From positions 79,362,001 to 79,426,000 of the forward strand of contig NC_058368.1 in the NCBI RefSeq assembly GCF_018350175.1: a DNA stretch of 64,000 bases, given 5' to 3'. Below, one piece after another: positions 1 to 12,600 of this stretch; within the stretch, counting starts at the first letter, position 1; every line of letters begins with the position of its first letter. This DNA comes from Felis catus (lineage: Eukaryota). The notes below the pieces were generated by a model. That model was not told the DNA's origin. It made no database searches and was given only the letters and a program-made list of their open reading frames with translations. Both the position numbers and the translations under genes were made by a program.

Positions 1-625
1 TGCCTGACTCTTCACCCCTGTTTAAATCTCAGACCAAATATCATCTCCCTGGCATGGCCTTCCCTAACCACCGGGCAAAGTCAGGCTCTTAGCACCCTGG
101 GACTGCATTTTCTTCCTTCTTCCTCTAGGAACTCTGTCTTTCTGAGGAGTCTCGAAGCTCCACGAGGATAAGGATGCAGGCTGTTTTGCTCCTTGTCAGC
201 ATCAAGACAGAGAGACCCCTCTCCAGCGGGTTCTCAGTGAAGTTTCAGGGAACACAGGACAAAGGCAGGAACCCATGGCGTCAGGTAAATCCTCATTATC
301 CACAGCATGCTGAAGCGACTGCCTTCCTTCCTCAAGGTCCCCGCTGTCACTCACAGGGACCTTCTACCTCTGCCAGGATCTCCTCCCCTCACTGTGAGAA
401 GTGAGGAGGAAGGTGATGGCCAGGGAGCCTGGAAGCACAGGTGTGGAGCCCACCAAGGAGGCAGAGTGGGGACTGATGCCCCAGTGTTGCCATTATTACC
501 ACCGTCACGGCCAAGGGTTTCACCTCTGCTCCTGAAACATATTTATCCTTCCTTGTTATTTTTTCATACTTTGCTTGTTTCATTCTGATATCAAGAATGA
601 GTGGAGGGATTTTCTCTCTTCTCTC

Positions 626-838
626 TTTTTATTTATTTATTTTGAGAGAGAGAGAAAGAGATACCATGAGCAGGGAAGGGGCAGAGAGAGAGGGAGAGAC
701 AGAGAATCCTTGGCAGGCTCCACATGGACAGCATGGAGCCAAATTCAGGGCTCAAACCCACAAACTAACAGCGAGATAGTGACCTGAGCTGAAATCAAGA
801 GTCGGACACTCAATGGACTGAGCCACCCAAGAGCCTCA
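626..838 (-). mobile_element. CanSINE, older subfamily
   Basis: Poly-T/ATTT tail, (GA)n tract, then reverse-complement tRNA-derived head ending ...ctgagccacccaagagcc. Confidence 0.9.
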
Positions 839-1404
839 GTCTTTTTGTTTGTTTGTTTCTTTTCAAGAAGAATTTGTAACTGTGTTTTCCTTGAAAATTG
901 CAAGAATTCACCTGTAGAATTGCACAAGGCTGATGTGTTCTTTGAGGAAAGATTTTCAAATACTTACTCAATTTGTCTAATGCTTATGAGATTGTTCAAG
1001 CCTTCTAATTCAAATAGAGATAATCTCAGATTTTCAAAGGCCAACTTCAGTAGATCTCTAGGCATCTGTCCATTTTGTTTAGATTTTTATAATTCTAAAA
1101 AACCTTCCAAGTCTCTACTTTTGCTCCCTTTGCAGCCCCAGTGGGGACCATCTGTGCCCCGTGCCCCCCACCCTTGATCACCACTTTTCTTGATCAGTCT
1201 TGCTGGTGGTTAAATTGCCATTTTGTCCAAGAACACTGCCATTTTGTTTTGATATTGTTGACCCTCGCCATTTGTGTTTGCTAATTTGTTTCTTTCTTCC
1301 CGCCTTTATCACATCTGTCCTTCCACTTTCTAGACTTCCCTTGTTTTGCTGTTCTTAATTTAATATATATATGAATAAATATGAATAAGTAAATATGAAT
1401 AAAT

Positions 1405-1605
1405 AAAATTCATTGTCAAGTTAGCTATCATACAGTGTGTACAGGGTGCTCTTGGTTTTGGGGGTAGACTCCCATGATTCATTGTCTACACACAAGTGCC
1501 CTCTTCAATGCTCATCACCCAACCCCCCCATCAACCCTCAGTTTGTTCTCCGCATTCAAGAGTCTCTTATGCTTTGCCTCCCTCTCTGCTTGAAACTATT
1601 TTTCC
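1405..1605 (-). mobile_element. Carnivore/feline L1 3' UTR fragment
   Basis: ccctcagtttgttctc...aagagtctcttatg...tttgcctccctctct motif, also seen in the L1 3' end at 54296. Confidence 0.75.
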
Positions 1606-1805
1606 TAATTTCTTAAATGTCAAGCTTAGTTTATTCATATTTCATTGATTTTATTTTCTAGTATAAAGCCCGGAATGTCCCTTCCAGCCTTCCTATGCTG
1701 CCCCACGTGCACGGATCCGTGCAACTTTCGTTAACGCTTATTGGTGCTCTGTCCCTTTGCATCTGGCGTCTCTTTAGTTCCTGTTTGGTATATGCATTAG
1801 AAGTT

Positions 1806-2037
1806 TTATTTTCTTTTTAAATTTTTTTAAGGTTTATTTATTTTTGAGAGACAGAGAGAGACAGAGCAGGAGTGGAGGAGGAGCAGAGAGAGAGGGAGAC
1901 ACAGAATCCGAAACAGGCTCCAGGCTCTGAGCCATCAGCACAGAGCCCGATGTGGAGCTCGAACTCCCAAACCAACCGTGAGATGGTGACCTGAGCCGAA
2001 GTCGGTGGCTTGACTGACCGAGCCACCCAGGCGCCCC
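1806..2037 (-). mobile_element. CanSINE (SINEC_Fc-like)
   Basis: Full head (...gccacccaggcgcccc), GA tract and tail; flanking direct repeat attagaagtt. Confidence 0.95.
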
Positions 2038-2867
2038 GTGAATTAGAAGTTCTAAAAGTTTCTCAATATATTCTGTTTTTTCAAGTACTCTTCCCCTTTC
2101 TGATTTATAAGTCGGTTGCACTGTAATCTGACAACGTGGCCTGCTCTATTTTGCTTCTTTGAAATTCATTTAGACTTACCTTGCGGCACAGTGCACGATA
2201 GTTACGTCAATATTCCTTATAGTAATGAAAATAACAGAATTCTCAATTGTTGACCAGAAGTTTCATTATGTACCCATTACATCCAGCCTGTTAATTGTGT
2301 TCTTGAAATCTCCCTCCCTGAGCCACACATTTTCCGCCTGACCCGTCAGTCGCTCACCAAGTTAGGTGAGTGGGTCTCATTCCACCGAAGGCTTTGCCCA
2401 CATCTCCATGGGATTCTGTCTATTGTTTGCTATTATATTTGCAGCTGTTTTATTACATCCATAAATATTTAGAATTTTTATGCCCTCCTGGGCAATTTAA
2501 ACTTAAATTAAGATATAATGACCCTCTTCATCTGTAATAATGGTTTTTGCCTTTCAGCCTTTTTTCCCCTTATATTGATATGACTATGTCAGATTTCTTT
2601 TGGCCGCTGTTTGCCTGGCACACAGTTTTCAGTTAATTACCTGAGCATTTCTATGCTCTTGTGCTCTAGGCTTATCTCTTGCAAAGGGCTTATAATTTGA
2701 TTTTTAAAGTCTCATCTGGAAATCTCTTTCACTTCACAAACGTATTCCTTGTGATTACTAATATATTTGGATTTATTTCCACCACCGCCCTGCGTGCTGT
2801 TTGTTCTTCCGTTTTCCGTATCACTTTGTTTTTCTCCTTTCACTTAATTCATGTATATGATAAAATA

Positions 2868-2896
2868 TCATATACATACATATATATATATATATA
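2868..2896. repeat. (TA)n microsatellite
   Basis: tatacatacatatatatatatata. Confidence 0.85.
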
Positions 2897-2941
2897 ATTT
2901 TGTATGCATTTTGTATACTTCCATTTAAAATAATAAGCCTA

Positions 2942-3155
2942 GGGGTGCCTGGGTGGCGCAGTCGGTTAAGCGTCCGACTTCAGCCAGGTCACGATCACGC
3001 GGTCCGTGAGTTCGAGCCCCGTGTCGGGCTCTGGGCTGATGGCTCAGAGCCTGGAGCCTGTTTCCGATTCTGTGTCTCCCTCTCTCTCTGCCCCTCCCCC
3101 GTTCATGCTCTGTCTCTCTCTGTCCCAAAAATAAATAAACGTTGAAAAAAAATTT
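2942..3155 (+). mobile_element. Young feline SINE (SINEC_Fc)
   Basis: ggggtgcctgggtggcgcagtcggttaagcgtccgacttcagccaggtcacg head, B-box gttcgagccc, (CT)n, A tail; perfect TSD aaaataataagccta at 2927-2941 and 3156-3170. Confidence 0.97.
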
Positions 3156-4399
3156 AAAATAATAAGCCTAACGTTAATTCAGTATATCTACTCTTCTCAT
3201 GAATGAGACAAAGACCTTGGCATCTCTCCTCTTACCCCATGATGCTTATGTGCTATGTTGGCCATACGATCTCAGTATTAATTTTACCCCAACTGATGAG
3301 ACATTTCATTTACTCTGTCACAAGCCAATGTTAGCTAGGCGCTCCCACGCGCTCCCAAGGCCAATGGCTTGGTGCACTTTTTTGGAGGGTGCTTTTTATT
3401 CTTTCTGAAGTATTCCTGCCAAAGATCCTTTAGGGTAGATCTGGGCTTGGGCGTTCTTACTGTATGAAAGACAGACAGTATAAATGTGAGCTTACAGGTT
3501 TCGTTTTGTCCGAAAAATCTTATTTCACTCTTGATCTTGAGAGATGATTTTGTCATGTACAGCAATCTAGACTGACATTTACTTTTCTCATTTCTTTAAA
3601 GGTGTCACTCTACTTTCTTCTGATTTCATTTGTTTTAATCAGCTCTGAAAAATTCCCAGTTATCAACTCTTTTTTATTCCCTCCCTCATCTTCTATTTTC
3701 TCGCCCATCTTACATTTTGAGTCTGATTCTTATGGTACGTGAAATCTTTGAGAATGGCAGTAAGTTGCTTGTGGCTTCTGTTTAGTCTCCCTTGTAGAGA
3801 CTTGTTTCCTTACAGTATGGTTATTTCCTTTTTTATTGTGAGCTAATACTTGGCCAAGTGTGATGTATAGAAATCTCTAGGGAACAAGGTTGAGGGTTGT
3901 TTGCTCCAGAGGGGATTTGCCCTAAAATATATTAGATGCCACCTTCCAGAAGGATGTTCATATAAATGCCGTAGCCTGGAGTTTCCTTGAGTACAGGGTT
4001 GTGTACAGTTAGACTCCCGATCCACATGAGACCGAGCTTCTGCCCCCATATTCTCAGAAGGCACTGTTTCCTTCTGGAAAAGAGCAGGGTTAGAGATGTT
4101 ATTTGGGGTTTCCTTGCAGAAAGGTGATCAGGCTTTTTTTTTTCACTTCTCTGAGCTACAATTCCTTCAGTCGCCCTAGCTCTGGATAGCGGCTGGAATT
4201 CAAGGAGGACACTTCTCAAGCATTCCCAAAGCCCAATCTCTTCCCACTAAGTGACCCCATTAATCCCAGAACTAGGCTACCACTTTGGTATTTGTCTTCA
4301 ACTTTGTCACATTGACTTCCGTGCTTACTTTGACTGGGCTCTGGCTTCATTTTATCCATAGTTTTTTTTTTTTTTTCTAGCCCTTAAAGAGTTCTGGGA

Positions 4400-4457
4400 T
4401 GTGTGTGTCTGGGTGTGCATGTGTGTGTGTGTGTGTGTGCATACGTGCATGTGTGTG
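4400..4457. repeat. Imperfect (TG)n microsatellite
   Basis: tgtgtgtgtctgggtgtgcatgtgtgtgtgtgtgtgtgtgc. Confidence 0.85.
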
Positions 4458-4829
4458 GTGAGCAACAGGTATTTTTTTTTGTAACTTATTCAGGATGATG
4501 ACATTTTGGAAAATGTGTTCTTCTGTAAAAGAGGGGTTTTGACAATCAGATTTCCTTAAGTTTCTACTTTCTAGAGAATGTCTGAAGCACTTTAGGACAA
4601 GATATGATAGCACACGTGTATCTAAAGCAGAGATTAGGTTAAGGTAATTTAGAAAACTTTTTGCCTAATTTCCTCTCTCTCCCATCAGGGAAGAGATTCA
4701 GGTGAGTCACAGCACACTGTAATTCCTGGTCTATCCAAGGACCCTCCGCTTTATTTTCTTCATTGTTCGCCATGGACGCAACCATTTCCACACCAAGGCA
4801 CTAACTCAGATGTGCTTATTAAATGTCCT

Positions 4830-5200
4830 TGGATACAAATGCATCCTTGAAAGACACACAGTATAAATGTGATCTTAAAGCACACAATTTTGTGGTACAG
4901 ATCCTGCTTTGTTTCTCCACTCAATGCTATGTTTTCAAGATCTCTCCACGTTGCTAAATTTTGCTTCACAATGTGGCATAAAACGCAACCATATGCTTTC
5001 ATCAAATGCACTTCTCTGTTCACCTAGTGATGGGCACCTGTGTTTCTTCCAAACCCTCCTCCCACAAATAACACACACACACACACACGTCTCCATATGG
5101 ACCTGTGTGAACTCCTCCGATTCACGGGGTACATGCCTACGTGCCTTTCACGAACACCACAGGAAGCTCTCCAGGATGAGTGAATCTGCCTTCTCTCCCT
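4830..5200 (-). mobile_element. Old L1 3' fragment
   Basis: Antisense L1 3'-end-like motifs (ctgctttgtttctccactcaatgctatgttttcaagatc; tgatgggcacctgtgtttcttccaa). Confidence 0.5.
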
Positions 5201-5229
5201 ACAAGGAATCAGGGAGCCCATTTGCTGTT

Positions 5230-6780
5230 TCATAATTAGTAGAAGGACTAGGGATCAGGTTTGGACCAAGCACTAGCAAGGAAGGGGTAAGAAACAAGAT
5301 TATGGGTATATTCTGAAAGTGGACCTCAAAAGCATTTCCAGCAGTGTGAGAGAGACGGGGAGCAGGGCAACTCAAGTAACCGGAACCGAGACCCTAAAAT
5401 TGTTGCAGCTGCAATCATCACACGAGGACGAGATGCGGGAGGAAGACGAGGCCGGAGACGCAAAGATCCAAGGAGAAGACAGAAAAGTCACCCTGGAAGT
5501 CAAAAGAAGAACGTATGTCAAGGAGGGGGGAGGAATGTGCTTTGCTCAGTAAATTTGGAAGGTCAAGCATGAGAATGAAGATACCCGCCGCCCGGAATAG
5601 CTAGAAGGAGGCCATCGGTGACTGGGGGACGGGAGCTGCTCGGGGCGCCAAGCATCTATATTGTAGGATTGGGTTCAAGTGAAAATGGGAGACAATATAG
5701 ACCATGTTTTTAAGACACTTTACTTTCAAAGCCATGTCTGTGAGGATGGAGAGGTCCCAGTGTTTTTTTTTTTTAAGTTTTTTTTTTTTTTAACGTTTAT
5801 TTATTATTGAGGAACAGAGAGAGACAGAGCATGAGCAGGGGAGGGGCAGAGAGAGGAGGAGACACAGAATCCGAAGCAGCCACCAGGCTCTGAGCTGTCA
5901 GCACAGGGCCCGATGCGGGGCTTGAACTCACAAACCGCGAGATCATGACCTGAGTCGAAGTCGGACGCTCAACCGACTGAGCCCCCCAGGTGCCCGAGAT
6001 CCCAGTGTTTTGTACATTATTTTTTCAGACGTGGAAACTTGTAACATTGATGTGGTGACAGAACTGGTCCAGGAGAGGGAAAACTCAGGGGCACGGGAAG
6101 GAGGAGTCCAGGCTGGGACGCTATCTGGGAGATGGGGCCATGCAGAGGGTGTGGACTTGGGTGGCAACAGAGACAGGTAGGAAGGAACAGCCACTGAAGT
6201 GAGCCAACAAACAGATGAACTACAGAAATACAGGGCAAATGCCGGAAGCATCAAGGGCCCCCTCGAGGTCTGTGACCTTTAACACAAGACCAGAATCATG
6301 GTTGTTTTTTCTCTACCCCAATTTAGGCTGAATTGATGTCAGCAAGGATTCGGTGGAAAGTTCAAGTTAGTCTGTGATTTTGACAAGTGAGCATCAAGAA
6401 ACAAGAAAGGGGAGAGGGGCTGACATGTACTCAAGGGCGTGGCAGTTGTGGTTGGCCATGGAACTTCTGTGGGATAGTGAGGAAAGAGAGGGCCTCTGCG
6501 GACAGAGGGATGAGTAAATGAGGCCACGGAGTGTGGTTGCAGGTGGACCCATGCCCATGGGGGGTGGGGGAGGGTCAGGGAACCAGGGAGAGGGTTCTGG
6601 AAAGAGGGGAGGTGGTGGTCAGAGTACAGCAGACACAGATTTGAGATGAAGGTGAAATGGCATTTGTTGGCAATGACAAAGCTAGACTTTGACCTTGAGG
6701 GTGAAAATCTGCAGCGAGAGGGGAACAAGCTCAGAGGCGGATGTGGGAGAGACCTGCAGCCTCCTTTCATGGCGGCCCCT
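5230..6780 (-). mobile_element. L2 LINE fragments (split by a SINE)
   Basis: Purine-rich degenerate sequence typical of antisense L2 (ccctggaagtcaaaagaagaacgtatgtcaaggagg...ggtcaagcatgagaatgaag). Confidence 0.55.
5764..5995 (-). mobile_element. CanSINE (SINEC_Fc-like)
   Basis: Complete element; TSD gag(g/a)tcccagtgttt at 5751 and 5996. Confidence 0.95.
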
Positions 6781-6879
6781 GGCTCTCAGCTCTCCTGACC
6801 TTCTTGAACACTGGGGGTCCCCTGGGAGGACAGAGATGTTCTTGAGAGTCGGATGGAACTCACTTTACTCATAGCTCCC

Positions 6880-9050
6880 CCCAACTTTTTATTTGGCCTG
6901 AGAAACTCTTTGATTATCATTTTAATTTCTTTCATGGTGATCTGACGACTCAATTTTTCTATTACTTCTGACCATTTGGACATTTTATGATTTTTTTCCC
7001 CAGGAATTCACCCTTTCAACAGGTTTTAAGGTGTATTATTCCCAGTATTCTTTTTAGTTTTAAATCAATTATATCCGTTATTATTTCCCCCCTTTACTTC
7101 CAACATTATTTTGAATTTTCTTTTGCCAGAGCATATCTTGGTACTAACATTTCAGAGGAGGAAAATTTGTTGATGTTTGTGTTATCGATTGTTGCTGAGT
7201 TGCATTGATTCTGCTCATTTTTATGTTTTTATTTGTTTTTGTCCAGCTTTTTGATTTGCATGCTGATTTCTCCTGTCTTTTTAAGTTTTTTTTTAAATTT
7301 TGTCTAATAAATGTGATCACAGCTATAAACTTCCTCAGGCACGTTAGCAGTTTTTCACAAAATCTGACATGATCTGCTCTCACTGTTGCTCATTCGTAGG
7401 CATTTCCCAAATTCATTCTGTATTTGTTTTAACAAAAGACTTGTTTAACATTTTTTTGTTTGTTTCTTCATCTGTTGAATTTTAAAACTACTCTTTCCCG
7501 GGATGCCTGGGTGGCCCAGTCAAGTTTAAGCTTCCAACTTCATCTCAGGTCATGATCTCATGAGGTTCGAGCCCCGCGTCGGGCTCTGTGCTGACAGTCC
7601 GGAGCCTGGAGCCTGCTTCGGATTCTGTGTCTCCCTCTCTCTGACCCTCCCCAACTCATGCTCTGTCTCTTTCTCTCTCTCTCTCAAAAATAAATAAACA
7701 CTTTAAAAAATATTTTTTAATTTTAAACTATTCTTTTACTGGGTTACAATTTTAATGAATTATGGACAGAGAATCATGTCCGGAGGCAGCTGAGAATTCA
7801 CTGAGGTTGTATTCATAGAGGAAATCAGGGTGGGTCCCCACCACTGGCCCCTGCGTCCTGGACAGTATGTCTTCTGTCTATGGGGTCGTGTCACGCCCAG
7901 CATCACTGTTCCCTACTTTGTCAAATGAAGTGTCCCCTTTGTATCCTTTATAAGTATTTTGCCTTGAATTTTCTTTTGCCTACTGACAAAATCACTATCT
8001 TAAGTTTCTTATTAGCGTATATTTGATGGCTTATCTATTTTCAGAAAATGCAGCATATACTTGTTTTCAATGCGTCTTTTGTAACATCTCATCGCAAGAT
8101 CACTTTCCGTGTTTGCCTTTTTCTCATCCAGCAAATCTGAGCAGCCTGCCCGTTGGTGAGCTCATTTGTTTACCCTTACAGACATTACTGATACCTTCTT
8201 TTTATTGTCTTTGCTAAATTTTATTTTTATTTCTTTTTTCCTCCTCATTATTTCTAACTGGGTAGGTGTTTTTTTTTTTTTCTGGTGCCTTATAATGTGA
8301 TTTATTCTACCTTTAAATTTGTTATATTTCTCTTTATTTTATTAAGACCTGTAATTTTACTTTTTTACTCCTTTCTTACTGAGCACGGTCCTCTCTCCAG
8401 CTATCCCTCCACCTGTCTAGGCGCCCGCCCATGCCCCCCACCACGCTGCTGTCGCCCACAGTTGGGGTTGTAGATTCCTACAGGCTTGCTTCTCCTTCTT
8501 GCTGTGGTCACCCGTGCGGTGTGGGTTTGGGTCACCGCTGACTGAGAAAACAACATAATGTACTAATTTATTGACCGCCCTTGCGGCCCGTATGTCATAG
8601 TGTGCTCCTGAGTTTACGTCTCTCTGTAGAAGTTCACAGCCTCCAAATATGTTTCCAAAGATGAATTTGAGTGCAAACGTCCTGTGGTCCTTTGTGCCAG
8701 AGAGCTTATCTACCTCGTGTGTTTATGTGGACACAGATGGACGCCTGTGGCTCTCTTCACTCCAACATGGGGAAATCTGACTGTTGTCTTCCTGCATTCG
8801 GTTTGCCGTTAGCTGGCCGCCCACCAGCCTGACTCTTTCCTCTGTGGGTGATGTGCTTATTCTCTCTGACAGTGTTCTCTGTTCTTCATGTTCTTAAATC
8901 TCTTCTCACATAAGCAGGTGTGGGTTTTCTCTTCTCTGCTCTGCTGGGTGTCTTACGCATCCTTTCAGCCTTTGGTCTTACCATTTGCTTTACATGGTGA
9001 TGGCTTGCTCCCAGCTCAGACTTCCGCTACGTTCTCCTGTATCTGAATTC
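6880..9050 (-). mobile_element. Ancient degraded L1 fragments
   Basis: T-rich antisense L1 ORF2-like motifs (gctataaacttcctcaggcacg, tgaagtgtcccctttgtatcc); boundaries approximate. Confidence 0.55.
7500..7720 (+). mobile_element. CanSINE
   Basis: gggatgcctgggtggcccagtc head, gttcgagccc B-box, CT tract, A tail. Confidence 0.93.
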
Positions 9051-9260
9051 AAGTCTATGGGCTCTGGTACTGGGCTGGTCTGAATTGAGCTCCGCCTCCT
9101 ACTGTGTGGTTTTCAGCAAGATGCTAACCTGCCCTTTGCTTTAGAATAGAGGTAAGTGGGGACATGGGGAAGAGCAAGTGAGATAAAGTCAGAAAGCTGC
9201 TTAGAACAGTTCTTGATGCATTTCAGCTGCTCAATAAATGTGAGCGATTATTATTAATAT
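9050..9260 (+). mobile_element. MIR SINE
   Basis: Ends in MIR-type gcttagaacagttc...gctcaataaatgtgagcgattattatta. Confidence 0.6.
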
Positions 9261-9271
9261 TAGCTTTCATT

Positions 9272-10001
9272 CAAATTCCAGTTGGTTAAGATACAGTGTT
9301 ATATTCATTTCAGGTGCAGGATACAGTTGTCAACACTTCCATTCATCACCCGGTGCTCATCACGACAAGTTCGCTCCTTAATCCACATCCCCTACTTGCC
9401 CCCCCCCCCACCTCCCCTCTGGCGACTATCAGTTTGTTCTCTACAGTTAAGGGTCTGTTTCTTGGTTTTCCTCTCTCTTGGCTTTTTTTTTTTTATCTCT
9501 TTGCCCCTTTGTTTTGTTTCTTAAATTCCACATATGCGTGAGATCCTAAGGTATTTGTCTTTCTCTGTCTGATGAATTTCACTAGTGTTATACTCTCTAG
9601 CTCCTTCCATGTCACTGCAAATGGCAAGATTCCATTCTTCTTATGGCTGAGTAATATTCCATTGTGTATGTATCTACAAGGATATATATACATGCATATA
9701 TGTAGATATATATAAAGAGGTGCTATATATCACCCCTTTTTTATGCATTTATCAGTCGGTGTACATGTGGGCTCTTTCCATAATTTGGCTATTGTTGATA
9801 ATGCTGCTATAAACAGAGGAGTGCGTGTATCCCCTTAAGTTAGTGTTTCTGTATCCTTTGGGTTAATACCCAGTAGCGCAATTACAGGATTGTTGGGTAG
9901 TTTCATCTTCAACTTCTCGAGGAGCCTCCACACTGTTCTCCACAGCGGCTGCACCAGTTTGCATCCCCACCAACAGTGCACAAGAGTTCCTCTTTCTCCA
10001 C
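9272..10001 (-). mobile_element. 5'-truncated carnivore L1 (ORF2 C-terminus + 3' UTR)
   Basis: Minus-strand translation KKNGILPFAVTWKELESITL matches the L1 ORF2 C-terminal region; ttctccacagcggctgcaccagtttgcatccccaccaacagtg is canonical antisense L1. Confidence 0.92.
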
Positions 10002-10953
10002 GAGGGTTAACTTTCTCCAGAGGTTAAGTTAACCTCTGCATCATCCATTAAGTCTACTCTCCTTTCAAAAAGTTATTCAGTCCCTGTTCTTTCTCCCACT
10101 GGGTGCCAGTGGTCAGATGCCTGGTTAGTTTTTTTCTGGGAACACATATCCAACGAACACACAATCAGCTTCTTAACCCCCTGGGGCTTCTCACCTTGTT
10201 GACTTCTGATTTTGATACTCTGACTTCTCTGCTGTGGCCCAGGGTGGATTCAGAGAGAGCGTCCCCAGTTAATTATCCTTCTTTTCTTGTAAGGCATCTA
10301 CTGATGCTTTATTTTCCCGTTTAAGTTATTGACCTGAACAAAAAGAGGAAAGAAAGAATGTGGAATTCCAGAATAATAGGCAGGGGAGGCGATGAGGGAT
10401 GAGATCGTGTGGATCTGGAGCTGTGGGGAATGTCTCCCCCTTAAACGTCATAATTCTCCCTCGAATCTTCAGTGCACCTCCTCGACTCCCTTCCTCCCAC
10501 CTCTGCCCCAAAGTGCATGTCACTTCCCCCGGCACGTGCAGGCAGGTATCAGGAAGAGGGTACCAGGAGGAGAAAAACAGGCAGGGACAAAGAAATCTGG
10601 TTTTAGAATCACAAGCGTCCCTGGTCCCTGTGTGGAGACACGACTTTGCAGGAGGAAAGACCACCCACCCACTTGGCTGCTTCCCGGCTGGCCACTTCCT
10701 TCAGCTCAGAACCGATCAGCAACGGAGTCAGGATGTTTGTCTCGCACGCTCAGAAGACAACACCACATTACGGCTGGGGCAGATATTCTCAGTCATGCCC
10801 GTTGTTTCCATGTATTCATTAATGCCACTTCCTTTCACTCCCAAGAAAGGGTCCTGGTCTGCCTGAGAAATTGTATCATGACACCGGCTGTATACTTCCT
10901 CAGCTGTGAAGAAAAACCCACTGAAGCTGCAGCATTTCAAGATGGCGGGGGGA

Positions 10954-11422
10954 TATGTTCATTTCCGGTTGCTGCTGTAGCCGACTGCCACAATCCGAAG
11001 CTCAGAAAACAAGGAAAATTCACCCGATTACACTTGCAATTGTTGGGAGTCCGAAACCGATCTCCCCAGGCTGCAACCAAGCCGTGGGCAGGCTGGTTCC
11101 TTCTGGAGGATCCCAGCCCTCGTCTTTCCCAGCTTCTACAGGCTACCGTGTTCCTTGGCTCACGGCCCCTTCCTCCGCCTTGAAAGCCGGCAGTGGCCAG
11201 TTGGGGGTGTTCCCCATTGCACCACTGTGACAGTGTACCTCCTACCTCCCCCTTGTGCTCACGGGGACCCCTGTGGTGATACTGAGCCTGTTCAGATAAT
11301 CCCAAATCATCTCCCACCTGAAGATCTGGACCTACTCAAAGGAGACTCTGCCATGTGAGTTCACTCGTTCACAGGTTCTGCGGACCAGGACACGGATTTT
11401 AGGGGTGGAGAGAGGGCTCACA
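10954..11422 (-). mobile_element. MaLR solo LTR (MLT1C/D-like)
   Basis: tttccggttgctgctgtag...ggctggttccttctggagg...cccagcttctacaggctacc...ttccttggctcacggcccc...ttcacaggttct motifs. Confidence 0.8.
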
Positions 11423-12389
11423 GGCGCATGCCGATGAGCCGGTCCAGGGCTGGGGTGCGGGCGGATGCATGTCTTTTCAAAGTCCTAGAGAAATAACATA
11501 GCAACAACAGCCGCAGCTCCAACCAACAAAGCCTTCTGCGCAGAATTGACAGTGGGGTAAGCGTGGGGTGGGGGCTTGGAGACGAACATCAACAGCCCGG
11601 AACAGGCTCCGTGAGTCACCAGCACCCACTCTCGGTGCATGAATAAGCACCGAACACGGCGCTAGAAAAGGTTACATATGAATATTCAGGGGGTTATTAT
11701 ACTCGACAAGGAACTGAAAAAACTCAGTGTTTTACGTTGCCAAGTTCTTTACTCCCTAGTCCTGCTCAAAACTGCTTTCTTTTCTCTCTTCTGTTGCATT
11801 TCAGCCTGCACTCAACTTGTGGGAAACCAGCCCCCAGAGGCCCATGCGTGTCAGAGAGCCCAGGGGCTGGTGGGGGGGCGCCTGTGGCCCCCCGGATTCC
11901 CTGACCGCGGCAGCCCCAAGCACAGGAGGGATCCACGGGCAGGGCCCCAGGAATGCTCAGCCTTCAACAGCCTGTGCCGGATGGACCCCCAGTGACCGGC
12001 CCCTCTCTGCTGCTCTCCAGACTCTTTGGGGTGGGGCGTGAGGGGGCAGAGCCTTCTGAGTCTCCTTGTCACATAGTCTCAGGCACCGCAGTCCCACTGG
12101 TACCTCCCTCCCAGTCTGGAAAGAGCCAGGACAAATTTCTTCTAGTTGTAAGTTTTATATATTTATATAAATTGTCTTTCTTTGGGGGGAAACACATGGC
12201 TGCTGGACGTTACTGATTAGACAGAGTGCAAAGCCCAGAATACATGTGAAGGGTCACGTCAGGGCTCCGGCAAGAACCTGCGAGAGGACCAAACCACAGG
12301 ATGAAAACACCAGAACACAGAACAGGCGGGGACAAAAGAAATGTCAAACCGGATTCTGGAGTCGAGCGCTTAGCAATATAATTAGCAAT

Positions 12390-12600
12390 CAAATAAGAGT
12401 GGGTTTAATATATGTTGGACACCCTTCTAAGAATTGTTCACATATTATCTCATTTGATGCTAATAAGCTATAAATGGGCTTGATTATTTCCGCTTACATG
12501 TGATGAAATGGGAACAGAGCCATGGTAAATAACTTTTCCAAGGGCATTCCTGTTAATAAGTGACCGATTTCAGAACATATATTAACACTTAGATGTCCTC
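12390..12600 (-). mobile_element. MIR SINE
   Basis: cacatattatctcatttgatgct...tgatgaaatgggaacagag...aataacttttccaagggca core. Confidence 0.6.

Larger units (their letters stand above)
860..4300 (-). mobile_element. Ancient degraded L1 (L1M-type) ORF2/ORF1 fragments, interrupted by younger insertions
   Basis: T-rich antisense-L1-like sequence (e.g. 2100-2750, 3490-3720); no intact ORF; boundaries approximate. Confidence 0.6.

Noticed and set aside
10392..11183. Longest ORF (263 aa)
   Set aside because: No recognisable domain; its 3' part runs through an MLT1 LTR.
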